NCBI GenBank assembly: GCA_003971905.1 | Contig: RSEE01000015.1 | Location: 434,001-498,000 of the forward strand | DNA length: 64,000 nt | Direction of reading: 5' to 3' | DNA from: Moniliella sp. 'wahieum' | Lineage: Eukaryota | Shown here: positions 13,339 through 27,037 of the stretch, piece by piece | Numbering within the stretch: position 1 is the stretch's first letter | Layout: each line of letters begins with the position of its first letter | Program-made: the position numbers and the translations under genes | The notes under the pieces: model-generated | The model's database searches: none | What the model was told of the DNA's origin: nothing | The model's input: only the letters and a program-made list of their open reading frames with translations

Positions 13339-14001
13339 GAGCCGGACTGCCGCCTGATGCCCTCGCTCTCACAGACACATCTGGACCCTAGTTCGCCTCC
13401 CAGCAAGGCAGACTGTAGCCGAACCAGCCTTCCGCATGGGGCACTAGCCTAGTCACGCTGTAGCCGAGCAGGACTGCTCCTGGTGCCTCCCTCAGAGAGA
13501 GACCTGAGCTAAAGATATATATACTCGAGACTAGTCCCGCCCTCCGGGAAACCAATTGCGCCTCCGAGGGGCACAACGGTGGCATTACCGGTTACCTTCC
13601 AGCGGGGAACTTTGGGCGCTGGCTCTGTGCGGTTCGTCTCTCTCTTGTGCCCTGACCGGGACCCCCTGCTGGGGTCGCATCCGCATTGGCTTCTTGTGGG
13701 GGAGCACGGCGCGGCGTGCCTACTGCGGATTCGTGCTATCGGCTCCCGTGGGAAAGAGAGATGAATGATGAATGACATGTGTCGAAAACCACATGAACCA
13801 TGGCACTGACAGCCTGACGGTGGTAGCTCAGCGCACAGGGCGCGCTCCGGCAGGCCTCAGGATAGCCCCTGTGGGCATGTGCGTATGAGGCCAAAACGCC
13901 AACCCCACAACCACTGCACGCTTCTTACCCGCCGCCGCCTGCCTTCTGCTGCTGTGCCTCTCCCCCGCCGTCGCGCGCGTCTCACAGAAGATCACCCAAC
14001 A

Positions 14002-17000
14002 ATGACCTCCTTTGGTCCGCCTGTCCGCCCCATCCAGCGGCCTCGTCGCGCGCCGGCCCATCGGCTCCCGCGGTGCCACACTCGCACCTCGCCACCCGCG
14101 CCTCGCTTGGCCACGCCAAACCGCCGCCCGCCAAGAGTAGTGTGCCTCCCGCCCGGACTGCCAAGCACGCCCCCTCTTCGCCTCTGGCTGCCGCACGACG
14201 GACCAACACATCTTCAGCCACTTCTTCTTCTTCGGCCCTCCACTCCCCCGCACCCCCACCATCTCACTTGTCTGCCCAGCCCAGCCGTCCGTCCTCGGCC
14301 CTCAGCCGACTCGGGAGCAAGAGCAAGGACAACCTCACCTGCTCTCCCTCTGCCCCTTCCTCCACCTCCACCTCCACATCCAAGCCGGCTCATCCACTCA
14401 GCAAAACAGGGGTACCTGCCCCTCGTCCCACTCGCTCTGTCGCCTCCCACATCCCCGACCCTCTCCTCCCTTGCCCTTCGGCCAAGCTCCGCACAGGGAA
14501 GGCTTACCCGCTCCGCCTCCCATCCTCCCTCGTCCGACTCGGCCCCGTTGCACCATGCGTCGCGCCAGACCTGCGTTCCCGACATGCAGGAAGGAGACAC
14601 GAATAAGACACCGGAGGTGGAGAGCGACGTACCTGTTTCATCTCCTCGCCGTGGCCATGGAGAAACATGTACTGCACCACCGACCTCTCTAGCGTTGGAC
14701 GAGGTCGACGACGAGAAGGAGGCGGACCTCTCGCCGCTCGTCCGGGCTGAGGATGAACAAGATGCAGAGCTAGAGTTGGATCCTCGGAGGAGCACGAGAT
14801 TTATGATTATGCGCATGTGGGGGCGCGGGAGGCAGAGCGGGTAGATTCCGGTGCGGCCCTGGACAAGGTGACGGTCCAAGCAGCGCACCTGCCGAAGGAG
14901 AAGGAGCAAGAATTGGTGCCATTCCGAGCAATGGGGGAGCAAGTGGGTGCGTGCGTGCCAAGGAAGCGCATGCGACGGACCAACTTGCCCTCGTGCAACA
15001 CGGGCTCGACAAGGAAGAAGAGGACCATGCATCTCACCTCCTTTCGCTTCGGGCAGAGCACGAGGAAGCACTGAATGAACAACATGCACAGCGGCAGGTA
15101 CTCGCCTTTTCCCTGCCGGGCACACAAGCAAGCGAAGGGCATGCCCCCTTTCTCTCTCGGAGGATCTGGAACGAACGGGGGCATCTCTCCCCGAGGCTAG
15201 CCCGGCGCAAAAGGCCACCGTTTCGATGTTGGAGCAAGTGCAGGAAGAGAAAACGATACTGGTCCGAGAGGTGAACAAATTATCTGCTGAGCTGAAGGAT
15301 GCCCAACGTGCTCTGGCTGAATCGAACGAATTTCGGAAGCGTGCCCAAGAGCAACAGACGGCGCTGCAGGCGGTACAGGATCAGTTGGCCGCGGCGCTTG
15401 TGCGGGTCGAGGAGGGGGACATGTTGCGCTCGGACCTTGCCACGGCTCAGCGCAGCTGCAGCAAGCTCAGCAGGCCAACATGGTGGAGCGACAGCAGGCG
15501 GAGGAGGCGAACGAGGCACTCCTGGCGGTTCGAGCGGCCCTGGTGACCCATCAGGCCCGCCTGGCCCAGATGGAGGAACAAGTCAACGATATGGAGATGC
15601 AGAACGTGTCATTACGCAAGGTGGAGGTGTTGACAGCCGCACAGGGTGAGCTAGAATCGGCCAGGGCGGCATTGGCTACTGAACATGAAAACGTGCGGTT
15701 CAAAACAGCGGAAGACATTGCCCAACTCTCTGCCCGTCTGGAGGAGGTGGAAGCGGACCGGGCGTCGGTTAAGGTGGAATTGGAGGAGGCGCACACCACG
15801 CTCCGATTGGTAACGGATGAGCTTGCAGCTGAAAAGGAGGCTAGCAAGAAGCAGCACAGCGCACTACAAGAATGGTCAGGGAAGTACGATGAAGCGAAGG
15901 AGCAGATCGAGACGTATCGCCAACAAATGACCATGGCGCACGGGAAGATGGACGTTGCCCAGCGCGATCAGCTTTCCCAAGAAGAAGAATCGAGCAAACA
16001 GGGTCCGCGGCTTCGGAGACTGCTTGCAGGCCAGGCAGGATGCCCACCAGACTGGTTCGGTCACCAGAGGGAACGTCCCCAGCGGAGCAACATTAGAGAC
16101 GGAGGCAATGTACCAGGCTTCTCTTCAGCAGCTGCAGCAGAAACATGCAACACACCTTGCCTTGGTACAGGCTCAGCTAGCTCACGCAGAGGAAACGCGT
16201 GCAGAGCTCCAAACCGAACGAGATGCAGTGCAAACGGAGCTGGCAAATTTATCTGAGCAAATGGCACAGGCGCAGAGGAGCTCAAGCAAAAAGATGGACC
16301 TTGAACATGTGACAGTCCAATCGAAAGCGGCACAGGTGGCACTGTGTGAGATGGAAGAAGCGCTACGCCAAGCCAGGCCGTGGGGGAAGAGATGCACGCG
16401 GCGAGAGAAGGACAGCAGTGACGTTCTGCACCTTGCAAGCGGAGCACGAGCAGGTTCAGCACACGCTTATGCGGTGTGAGGAGGAACTGAGCAGGTGCAG
16501 GAAGACGTGTGCTGCTAGCCAAGGCGGCCGAAGAGGCTGCCTCGGTGCAGGAGCAACTCAAGGGTAAGCTGACTACTGCCGAGGAAAAGGAAGCTTGCAC
16601 CCATAAGGAACTGGTGCAGAGAAACGAAGACCTTATCGCTGCGCAGGAAGCGACAGCGCATGTACGGATGCAACTGAAAACGCACCAGATCCAGGCGCAC
16701 GACTTGGAGGAAGAAAACGCAAGATTGCGCACGTCCAAGGAAGGTGTGGAAACACAGCTGGCCTTGGCGCAACAGGCGGCAACCATGGCTGTGGCAGCCA
16801 GAGAAGCGGTGGAGAGCGACTTGGCAGCGGTGCGGCAAACCCTGGCAGAGGCAGAGGACGAGCGGCAGTTGCTCCGGTCGCAGTTGCAGCAGGCGAGGGA
16901 TGCTCAGGCTCGTGATCACACCAAGCTGGGCGAGCTGAAGACCCGAGTGGCGGAGCTAAGTACCGCCGAGGCGGAACGTGTTGATGTGCAGAACGAGCTT

Positions 17001-17790
17001 GCTGTGGCTGAGGCCGAACGCAGACGCTTGTCGCTCAGTTAACACAGATGCAACCGCGAGTGGACCAGGCCCAGGCTGATGTGAGCAAGCTGACTGATGA
17101 CGTTGCTCGCCTCAACATCAAGCTAGCAGAGACGACGAATAAGGTTACGAATGACAGGGATGACAAGGATCATGCGTACGTCCTCTCCTCCTCTTCTGTG
17201 ACTAGAACCTCTGACCCCACCAGGATAGCTCGTGTTGCCAGCACAGCAGGACGATGATGCTTCGCTCCTTCGCCACGTGCAAACCTCGTGCAGGAGTTAG
17301 AGATACTGCGATGTGCTTTGGCGCAGGAGATGGCCGATAAGGAAGCGCTGCAGGCGCGGGTGAACAAAGTCCTGCCTCTGCTGGAAGAGATGGCGGGGAC
17401 TGGGCAGCGGAGGCCATCCGGCTGAAGCAGGGGATTGAGCGGCTTGAGCAACAATATGCTGCGTTTACTGCACTATAGGCCTTGGTGCGCCCACGGCCGC
17501 GGATGCTCGGCCGAATCCCCACCCATTTTTTTCTGTCTCTGTGCGGTTTGGGTTCCAACAGCTGTTCTGTGCGTGAACGATGATATATGGCCATCAAGAG
17601 ACTCGTGGATGGAGAACCGGAGGAGGAAGAGGCACAAGGGCTGTCAGCCAGCACACACCTTGTCTCCATCTCACAGCCCCGTGTATCCGCACGCATGGAG
17701 CTGGGCTCAAGCCTGAGCTTCAAGTTGAAGCAACCCGTATCGAGGTCAGCATCTGCTTACCTAAGATGCCCAGACGTGGCCCATGCGTAG
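14002..17790 (+). CDS. Long coiled-coil protein with Ser/Pro-rich N-terminus (family not identified; ends approximate)
   Basis: Successive E/Q/A/L-rich heptad ORF fragments (15226-15546, 15480-16256, 15955-16479, 16509-17042, 17048 onward), all on the + strand. Confidence 0.7.
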
Positions 17791-17871
17791 CATCCCATCC
17801 ATCCTGTCGGCGAGTCTGCTGCTCCATTACCCCCTCCATCTCCACCATCTCCACCTCCACCTCCGACCGCC

Positions 17872-18471
17872 ATGTCCACACGCTGCGCCCCTACCTCGCA
17901 TGCGTGCGCTCCTCCCTCACAGCCGCCCTCACCTTGGAAAACTTTGCGTCGCAGACGGTGGAGCGGCATAATGCACCTGAGGTCGAGACCCAGCGCACGC
18001 CCGAGGTGCTTCTGCAGCCGCTCACGATTTGCCGAAACGAAAGTGAGCAAGTGCTGATTGAGCCTTCGATCAACTCGGTCCGGCTTAGCATCAAGATTAA
18101 ACAGGCGGACGATATCGAGCACATTCTCTGCTCCAAGTTCACCCGCTTCATGATGCAACGCGCAGAGAACTTTGTGGTGCTGCGGCGCAAACCAGTTCAA
18201 GGCTACGACATTTCGTTCCTCATCACCAACGTGCACACCGAGTCGATGCTCAAGCACAAACTTGTTGATTTTATCATCCAGTTCATGGAGGAGGTCGACA
18301 AGGAAATCTCAGAAATGAAACTGTCGCTCAACGCGCGCGCTCGCATTGTGGCCGAATCTTACCTGGCTCAAGTACGTTCCGACCTTTGTTCTTGTTCTCC
18401 TCGGTCGCTCCCTACTAACTGCCGGAATGGACATTTCTGCCATTTCTGCATTTTCCCAGTTTGCCTACTGA
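17872..18471 (+). CDS. ARPC4: Arp2/3 complex subunit 4 (p20-Arc)
   Basis: [31 protein letters not shown]...[14 protein letters not shown]...[21 protein letters not shown]. Intron 18372-18459 then FAY*. Confidence 0.96.
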
Positions 18472-18573
18472 GTTACCTGAAAAGCAAGCAAACAACCAAA
18501 CATACACGCACGCACGCACACACACGCAATGCCATATCGTTGAATTGGTACGTGGGATGTGGGGAGAGATAGG

Positions 18574-19946
18574 TCATGCTTGCTTGGCATGCTGCAGGCG
18601 CAGGGGCATTCCCTCGGCGTCCAACAACCCCGTCCGGCCATTATCCTGCACCGGCAAAGGCTTCTGCTGTGGTACCTGTTCCACCACCTGCGGCCCGGGG
18701 CCTACTTGGGTATGGATCAGCCGACTAACCGCGCCAACCGGTTGGACAGGGATGACCTGCGGGTTGAATCCCTTGGGCAAGCCAGCGGGCAGCGGTGTCT
18801 GCTCCTGTGGGCCGTGGAAGGAGGCACCAGCACCTTTACCAAGCAAGTTAAATGTGTCGTCGAACGTGGCCGAGGGGAAGTAGTGGCGGATAAGGGAGAG
18901 GACGAGTGCAGCATGTTCCTTTTCGTGGTAGAGCACCGCGTTGGGCCCCGCGTCGTAGGTGTATCCTGCCAGGCGCTTGCCGCCGTCCGCGAGCGAGGCG
19001 CGGTTCAGTTCCTCAATCAGCTGGATCACAGCACGGGAGGTATCGTTGAGGTAAAAGATGGGTGGCTGGGTGTCGAGGCAGCAGCATGAAAGTTATTCGA
19101 GTCAGTCATGGTGAGGGCGGCAAAGGCGTCAAAGTCCTTGGCTTGAATCGCGCTCGCATATCCTCCATCCGCTTGGGCACCACGTGCTCCACGCGCGCCT
19201 GAAGGAACGGGGAGGTAGCAACGGTGCGCTGCATGCCCGCGGTGGATGGAGTGCCCTTCTTAGCGTCGGACACGACACAGATCAATGCCTGCAACGAAGG
19301 CCAGTGAGCTTGCTCGGCCACACTGACCGCCAAACTGTCCTTGCCATCCTCTTCCTTGCCCATCTGCCACGCCACAAAGCCACCATAAGCGAGCGGCAAG
19401 CCGAACCACTGCCCTGCCGCGCGACACGCGTCAACTCCGACACGCTGTAGGCCTCCGTTAGGGAGAAGAGGGTGGCCAAGGCATAGGTCAACGCAGCAAA
19501 GCCCGAGGCGGACGAAGCCAGGCCGGCAGCGGTGGGAAGTTGTTTTCCGACACGACGTGCAAGCCCCATTCGGACAACTGTGCGGGCGCGGGGTAGATCA
19601 GTCAGTGGGTCATCGCGGTAGAAAGAGGGAACGGGGGAGGAAGGACGACGTACCTTGGGCAGGGACGGGTCCTTGTCTTCTAAGCTCTTGCGCATCCTGC
19701 GGATCTCAGCGATACACGTGTCTAGACGTCCGCCAGGTGGATCTTCTCCTCGGTTCCGTTCAGCCAGAGGCGGTCCTCTCCAGGCCACATCGGCTCGGGC
19801 GGACGTCTTGCTCTGGAGCTGGGCCTGGTCGAGAGTGACGCTGACGAGTCGTTGGTGGGAAGGATGAGGGCCGTGTTGCGCTTGCCCCAGTACTTGACCA
19901 CGGCAATGTTGACGGGAGCACTGACAGTGGCTTGGTAGATGACCAT
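18574..19946 (-). CDS. MVD1: Diphosphomevalonate decarboxylase
   Basis: APVNIAVVKYWGKR, PTAAGLASSASGFAAL, ARQGSGSACRSL, DSNNFHA and YTYDAGPNAV motifs. Intron 19578-19653. Confidence 0.96.
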
Positions 19947-20831
19947 GACAGCGGCTAGGTGGATGGATGGCGGTGGCGGAGGACACAACGTGGGAGGTTC
20001 GGGCCAGGCTTCAAGCTTCAAGGAGGATGGGATGGATGATGGGACGGCGAGAGGCAAGAAGGACGCAACAGCAGGCGTAGGGGCAGTGTGGAGCTGAGAC
20101 AGCGGTCGATCCTGGGCCGCGCGTGGCTTGAAATCATCTCGATCACCCAGTCTCAGCGCCAGGCACGACGGCCGCCGCGCTGTCGTGACGAGCGGTGCTG
20201 CTCAAGCAGGCGGATCCCGAAGGGGTCTTTTTTTACCAACTACCACACAGCCCTAAGGACCACGACATTGCGTCCAACCTGCGGTGGGGGCTTATTCGTG
20301 ATCGGCGTGCGATGCATCGTCAAGTGCGTGTGGTTGGTGTAACCACCAAAGTCTCGGAGATTGAAGAGAGCGAAGAGTACTTTCACTCGTGACCCTTGGG
20401 GTCCCATGTGGGTGCATGGGCGTATGGGCGTTGCCGCACTCGCAATTCGATTGCTTTCAGGGATACATTGGTGGAGAGGGTCAAAGCTCAAGAGGCGCGC
20501 TTTGCCGTTCCCGGGGGCAGTGGGATTGACCTTCCTTTCCCCCACTCAGACGAGGACATGCAGGAAAGATAACACAGGTACCACGGCCCTCCTTTTGGGG
20601 CGAGTACCGCCTCGAGCCGCTCAAGGTAGAGTACTGGATCAGCCGGCCTGACCAGTTGCACGGCGACCGGTTGCGGTACGTAATTCTTTCTCATCTATCT
20701 TGCTACTCTTCGTCTTGATAGCGTCGCCAAATGCCTGTCGTCGTGAAAGTCTGCACCATTTGGGGGGGGGTGGAAGGAGCGATACGAGTAGAAAGACTAG
20801 GAATACAATTGGTTCATAGGCCAAGACGCAG

Positions 20832-21494
20832 TTAGGACGCCATACCTTGGTCCGGGAGCCGCTCGACGGCATACCGATGTTTCTGGATATTGATCAGGGC
20901 ACACCCGGGATTTGGCGCAGGCGACGCCTCAATTCGCGGTCGCAGGTAGCAACGAGGTAGCATTTGTGGGTTTGTACGCGGTGGACAATGCAGTCGTCGG
21001 CATATGTGCCCTTGTGGGAGCAAGGCAACCGTTCAAACCGGGGGTCTCTGGCGACACGCAACGCCACACGGTACTTGGACCCCAACTTTTCCAGCTCGGC
21101 CAAGACGCAGTCGGTCACACAGGGGATGGCGGCCGCGTAGAGCGTGTCCATCAGACCCTGCACGACCTCGATTTTGTTCTGGAGTGAAAAGTTGATAAAG
21201 TTGGTATCGATGATGACTCGGTAAGGCGGGCCGAGCTGAGTGTTGGCCTGCAGGAACATCGAGGACGGCAGTTGGGTCACATGTTGGATCTTCTTGCCCT
21301 CGGGCGTGGTGGCGGCCTTCTTGCCCTCGCGCGCAATCCGGGCTTGGCTCGATTTGCTAGTGGGAGCGAACGAGAGGAGGCAGTCAGAACAAAGAACAAG
21401 CGCGATAGAAACAAGGGTACATACAGCCTGGGGTCGGTGGTGCTCAACAGGCGCTTGCGGTCGCAAACTTTTTCGTCTTCTTCGCTTTGCCCAT
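20832..21494 (-). CDS. FCF1: rRNA-processing PIN-domain nuclease Fcf1/Utp24
   Basis: [11 protein letters not shown]...[17 protein letters not shown]...[10 protein letters not shown]...[11 protein letters not shown]...[13 protein letters not shown]. Intron 21357-21424. Confidence 0.96.
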
Positions 21495-21967
21495 GATGGT
21501 GGGGAGAGGGGGGCGGGGGCGGCACCAGCGATTATCGATTAGGGCAGGGCGGCATCCAGCAAAAACAAAAAATGAAGAGCGGAAATACATTCCGCCGTTG
21601 CCCCCCACACTCCCACCGGTGGCCCTGGCTGCTCTCTCTTTCTCTTTCTCTCTCCCTTTCTTTCTCTCTCGCTCCATGGGAATGACCCTGAGTCCGGTCC
21701 GCCCGTGGGCACTGGACGCAGGCAGGACTGCGACCAAGTCTCATCCAACTGCGGGACTGCGGCAGCGCGCTGCAAGTACGGAACAGAAGGCGTCAGAAAA
21801 AAAGAGAATGTCGACGAGTTCAAAATAACCTGCAGTGGTTCTCAATCCAAACCAACCAACCCCGACATCCTTTGAGCGATCGTTCTGAGCCGAGGAGGAA
21901 CCAACATGAACATGATTCTGGCAGGACCCAGGATTCAGGATTCAGGCTCCGCCAACAGCAAAACGTA

Positions 21968-22039
21968 TGGACGAACAGGGAATTGAACCCCGGACCTCAT
22001 GCATGCTAAGCAAGCGCTCTACCCCTGAGCTATCCGCCC
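21968..22039 (-). tRNA. tRNA-Ala(AGC), intronless
   Basis: GGGCGGATAGCTCAGGGGTAGAGCGCTTGCTTAGCATGCATGAGGTCCGGGGTTCAATTCCCTGTTCGTCCA folds as a cloverleaf with the G3:U70 Ala identity pair, AGC anticodon and A discriminator. TTTT terminator follows. One U-U mismatch in the anticodon stem. Confidence 0.93.
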
Positions 22040-22719
22040 TGTCGTTGCTCCAACCTCAAATTAGCCTTTTAACCAGTAACCCCTCTCTAAAGGATAAACG
22101 ATGTGTCTCTCATCGCCATCTTGTTGCTTTCTTCTTTCTTGGCGGTGACGGGATGCTAGCGTGTCGGAACCAGCAACGAGAGAAGGCGGGCGGCAACCAA
22201 GGTTCCGCGTGACCCACATTGTACTGGTTGCCCTCTTTAGTGACGTGACGCTGGGGCGCGCCGTATACCTCCCACTCGCATCCACGTCAAGCGGTCCAGA
22301 ACCTTACAGTACCCACACCAGCACCTCTCCTCTACTACCCTATCGAGACACTCCCTCGATCTGCGTCCGGAGGGAAGGATGGGTGGGACCTCCGCACATC
22401 CGCACATCCATACATCCGTACAATCCGTAATACTTCAATCGTCACTCATCCAGGCCGTTCCATCTCGTTTCCTATAGTCCGTCCGTTTCATCGTTCATCG
22501 TTCATCGTTCATCATTAATCACTCATCTCCAAGCGCGAGAAACCAGTCTCCTCACCCAACAATCCAAGTCAACCTAGTCAAGCAACCACAACCACGTCGT
22601 TGGTAGAAGGGCAGCACTACCCCTGCGGCCTGAGGTCAGGCCTGGGCAGAAGTACCGCCTGCAACAACACAAGTCCCAAGTCGCAAGTCCCAAGTCACAT
22701 GTTACATGTCACTGAGGAG

Positions 22720-25700
22720 TTATTGGTCAACATGGTCAACATGGTCAACATGGCCGACACGAGGGGCGAGGGGGGACGACGAGTGGCGGCGGGGTATCGG
22801 CTCCTCCTCTACGCAGACCAAGCGGTCAGACGGGGTGACCTGACCGGCCCATTGAGCAGTCAAGGCCGCTGCCGCCTTGGCCGCCGCCGCCGTCGCTGCT
22901 GTCCGATCCACATGCACACGTTGCACACTTCCCCGGTCCAGTTCCGTCAGCGCGTCCGTCGGGGCATCCGTCGGGGCGTCGGTCGGGGCGTCGTCGGGGC
23001 TTGGGTCAAAGCAGGAGCGAGAGGAAGCGCAGCTTGGTAGGAGCCTCATGGAAGGCAGAACGGTCCGAGGCCGGCGCGGCCATTGCCGAAGCCCCCGATG
23101 CACCTGATCCACCCGACCTAGCGGGAGGCCCACGTTTACGCTGGGCCATCACCTTGGTCAATTCGTCGAGCATAACCTGCGGTTCGAGGGGGGCGGATCG
23201 TTGTGCGGGTCCCGAGTGAGCATGGTCATGTGCACGGTCCTTGGCGTCGGCGCGCGCACGTCGGAGCAAGATCCGTTCTTGTCGCGTCAGGGGGGGCAGG
23301 GCGGCCGATTCGTACACTTCTTCTTCCCCTGGTAGAGGCAGTGTTCTTCCTCCCCTAGCAGAGGCAGGAGTCGTCGTCCTTGTTCTCCTTGCCCATTTTG
23401 GGGTTCTCCATTTTGGTGGTATCCATATTGGGTTTCTCCATTTTGGTGGTGTCCATTTTGGATTTGTTCGGGATCAAGCGAGGTCGAACGTACCTCTGTC
23501 GCAGTGGGGGAAGGCGGACAGGGGACCGCGGGACGCTGCGCTCCAGCCGGATCAAGACCAAGATCGGTTTTGGGACGGTCAGCGGTTTCCCCTGCTCGCG
23601 CGGGGTGAGGGTGAGCCAAGGCGTGCATGCCGCTCTGCCATTCGGCCTGGAGTAAAGCCAAGTCTTGCTGAACGGAGCGGACTGGTCCTGGGCCGCTTCC
23701 AACATCGTCGGATCAGCCGGATCCGTACGATGAGGCGGCGCGCATGCAAGCCCGAGTCGAGGGGCAAGGAACAGTCCACGATTCGGCACAGTTGACCAAC
23801 TTGACCTGACGCTGCGTAGGCTGTGGAGCATCCTGTTGAGCCGAGCGGGCCAGGTGGGATCGAGCTCTGGCTCGAGTTCCGGCTCGAGGTCGGGTCGTGA
23901 AGCGAGCGTGGCGCGGTGGTCCACGACGGATCGGGCAGAAGCAGAAGCAGCAAAGCGGAAGACGAAGCAGAGAAGAGGAGAAAAGGGGTACGAGCTGTGG
24001 GGAGAGGGCGGTAGTGAACGCGTGATGGAGCGTGCGGAGGAGGACGTCCAGGCTTCATGGGCCTGGGCGACCGCTGCTCTACCTGGGCCCAAGTGCGGGG
24101 CGGGTGGGGGGTATCGAAGCGCAGTGCGAGCAAGCGAACGAGGCTACTGCGTCGGGACGAGTGCAGTGCCTGGTGGGCTGCGTGCAGTGCGACGAGCGAG
24201 AGAGGGTCAGGAGGCGGGGGGAACGTGTCGGGCGGAGCGCGGGCGAGGGAGGAGCGGCGAGCGCAGGGTAAGCGGGGGCCCGCTGCTGGGTTCTTTTGGA
24301 ACAGAGGAAGGTAATGTGGAAGAGAGGCTCATGGACGTGCTCGCAACGCTTTGCCGGCCCCAATGCACTTCCTCCGCCTCGTCCGTTTCGGATACTGAGG
24401 CAGAGGGCGAAGCAGATGCCGTCGACACAGCAGCAGCAGGAGCAGCAGCAGGAGCAGTAGCAGAAACAGAAGCAGAAGCAGCATAGAAGCAGACATAGTA
24501 CCGGAAGAAGAAGGAGAAGGGGAAATAGCGGAAGCGGAAGCGGAGCGGGAGCAAACGTCGGAGCCACCAGCGAGGTGGAGGCCGCGATGGGCATGTGGCA
24601 GGTCGGAAGAACGGGCCAGGGGGAACAAAGTGGGACCAGTAGGCGAGAGGAAGATTTACAGTAGGGAACTCCGTGGGAGGGGAGTGGACGTGCATGTGGG
24701 CCCGCTGGGAAGGGGAGGGGGACACAGCGTACCGAGGCAGACCTCCCAAGCTGACGCCACGAGCGTGCAATGGGGAGGGATCGACTTCGCCCTCGCCCTC
24801 GCCCTCGCTCGCACCTGCACCCTCGCTCAAGGGCAAGCGGGCCAGTGCATACTCCGAAGCGGACGAGCTGAGCCTGCCCTCCCTCGGGGCAGAAAGGGTG
24901 GACATACTGATCCGATTGCGGCGCGAGGCATGGGTAAGGGAGTGTGCGCGTGTCAGGCTCGTTGGTTCGTCCGAGCCGGGCGGGGCGGGACTCGGGTGGC
25001 AGTTCCACTGGCCACGTCGAACGAGGTTGAACTGAGGATGGGGACGTGCCAGGACTGAGGAGGGAGAGGCGCTTGTACCCTGTGCGCGGGGTGGAAGCAG
25101 TCGAGGAAAGCTTGAGGTTTTGGCTGGCCACGACACGCCCGATAAGCGTTTTAGGTTGCGGGCCGAGGCGCCGGGCGGGGGGCTGGCGACGCGAGACCGC
25201 GGGCGCATGGACCACACCGGAGCGCCAAGTGGATGGCAGTCGGGTGGGAGGAGGGGAAGCGACGTCGGACCGGGCCGCGGAATCCAGCTCGTCCGATCCT
25301 AGGAGGGGTAGGCACGCACGGGCGCATCCAGCGCATACATGTCCCGCAACAGGTCCCATTCCTCCAAATCGACCACATCGAGGTCCAGCAAGCCTTGCGT
25401 CAATGCGCGCGTGGCCAATTCCATTTGGCGCAGCTGGTCGAGCAAGGCCTTACGCAGAGGAAGTTGGCGCATGTCCCCGCGCGCATGCGCACGCACAGTC
25501 GTAGCCGCAGTCGCATCAAAGTTGGCCACCTCGATTCTGGAGATGGGCACCAACGGGGTGTGAGCTTGTATCCTCGGTGCAAGATCTCTGCCCTTGACCA
25601 GACGAAGCACCTGCCGCACCTCGACATCCCACTTGCGCATCGCTGCGAGAAGCGAGACGGTTTGGGTCCAACACTCGCTCGCCAGCGATTGCACTTGCTC

Positions 25701-26660
25701 TGCACCACACCCGGTACACTTCCTGGCCAAAAGCAGGGGTGTAGATATCAGTGTCCCACGTGGCGCCGAGGCGGACGCGGACGCGGAGGCAGCAGGCAAA
25801 GGGAAAAAGGTGGAGGCGAGGTGGAACTGAACCGAGCGCTCTTCTGCTCCGCGCCAGCCGCGATGCGGGCGCTGGGCACGGATGCGTAGGAGAGCAGACC
25901 AAGCCCGCACTGACCAGCACCATGCCCGCCATGCGCCACCAGGCCACCAGGACCAGGATGACGGCGGCCGCCGCGCGCCCACGGCCCTCGACTCGTCTGA
26001 CCTCGATCGCATCGTCGATGGAGGTGAGCAGGTGGCGAGTCTGGCCAGGCGGGGGCAAGACGTGGGTGCGGACGCCGAGGCGCTCTGTGCGTGGCGGCCC
26101 AGACGGGGTGGCGTGGAGGAGACGAGGGCGCAGGTGATGGGCCGGTGGTGGGCAGGGCGTGCTTGGACCAGTTGGGGTCGAGGGGGAGCCGAGGGGGGCG
26201 TCGTGCATCTTGGTACATGCCATGGCGAGTCGGGGTGAGGAGGCAGGAGGTGCAGATCAGGTACTTGAAGCGCTCGCCAAAGGAGGGGGGCAGGGGGGGG
26301 GTGGAACGGAGCCGGGGCCGGGGGCGACGATGGAAGCGGGGGCAGCGAGGCAGGGGGCGGCGAGCGGCGGGGGAGGGCGGAGGAGGCGGCGGGGAGGTCG
26401 GGGGGCGAGGGCGGGGTGCTGGCGGGGGCATGGGTATGGGGCGGGACGGGGGCGTGTGGGTGGGTGGGGCGCGGGCAGCTGCAGCTGCTGGAGCTCGTCG
26501 GCGAGCGTGAGCGGCGCTGGGAAGGAGGGGGAGGGGGAGGGGGAGGAGGAGACGGAGGTTGTTGGTGGTGTGTGGCGTGTGGTTGGGGGCGCGTTCAGCC
26601 AGGGGAGGGCTGGTGTGGTGAAGACGCAGGGTGTGATGCTCGGATGGGGACTGGCGCATG
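22720..26660 (-). CDS. Large low-complexity membrane protein, probably fungal vezatin-like (ends approximate)
   Basis: Chain of minus-strand ORF fragments. SFGERFKYLICTSCLL resembles the conserved N-terminal motif of fungal vezatin-like proteins as I recall it. It is followed by a hydrophobic segment (AAAVILVLVAWW), a helical region, and C-terminal YESAA...VMLDELTKVM. Confidence 0.5.
23391..23465. repeat. 15/30-bp tandem minisatellite inside coding sequence
   Basis: CCATTTTGG recurs every 15 bp (GGTTCTCCATTTTGGTGGTATCCATATTGGGTTTCTCCATTTTGGTGGTGTCCATTTTGG). Confidence 0.8.
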
Positions 26661-27037
26661 TGATGTGGCCTGTGATGTGCTCCTCCCTGGCGGCCGCGCG
26701 CGCATCATCACCCATCAGCCCATCATTCGCCCCACTGCGCCACCGGCGCCACGTGGCACATCCGCATTGCATGGCGCCTTGGTAGCTGCTTCTCTGTACG
26801 CTATCGGACTATGCCTCCATCCTCGCTCCTCCACACAGCGCATGCCCACATCTACTGCCAGAAAAAGAACAAAACGCAACAGGAAAGAAAGAAACAGAGC
26901 AAGAAAGCAGGAACGCAAGAAGCAAAACAGGGAAAAAAAAAACAAGAAAAAAAGATAGCCAGCAACCCACAACGAAGCCCCGTCCTCGATGCACCCGCCC
27001 TCTCGGCACCTAGCCCTCCTTTTGCCCACGACGGCCG

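Noticed and set aside
18574..19946. MVD1 plus ABC transporter plus acyltransferase as a secondary-metabolite cluster
   Set aside because: The genes are far apart and interspersed with housekeeping genes, and there is no backbone synthase in the window.
20281..20300. GGGGCTTATT resembling the RNase MRP 3' P4 strand
   Set aside because: Lacks the preceding ACA-type motif and an upstream GAAAGTCCCC partner.
26280..26600. G-run-rich tract with G-quadruplex potential
   Set aside because: Explained by Pro-rich coding sequence on the minus strand.
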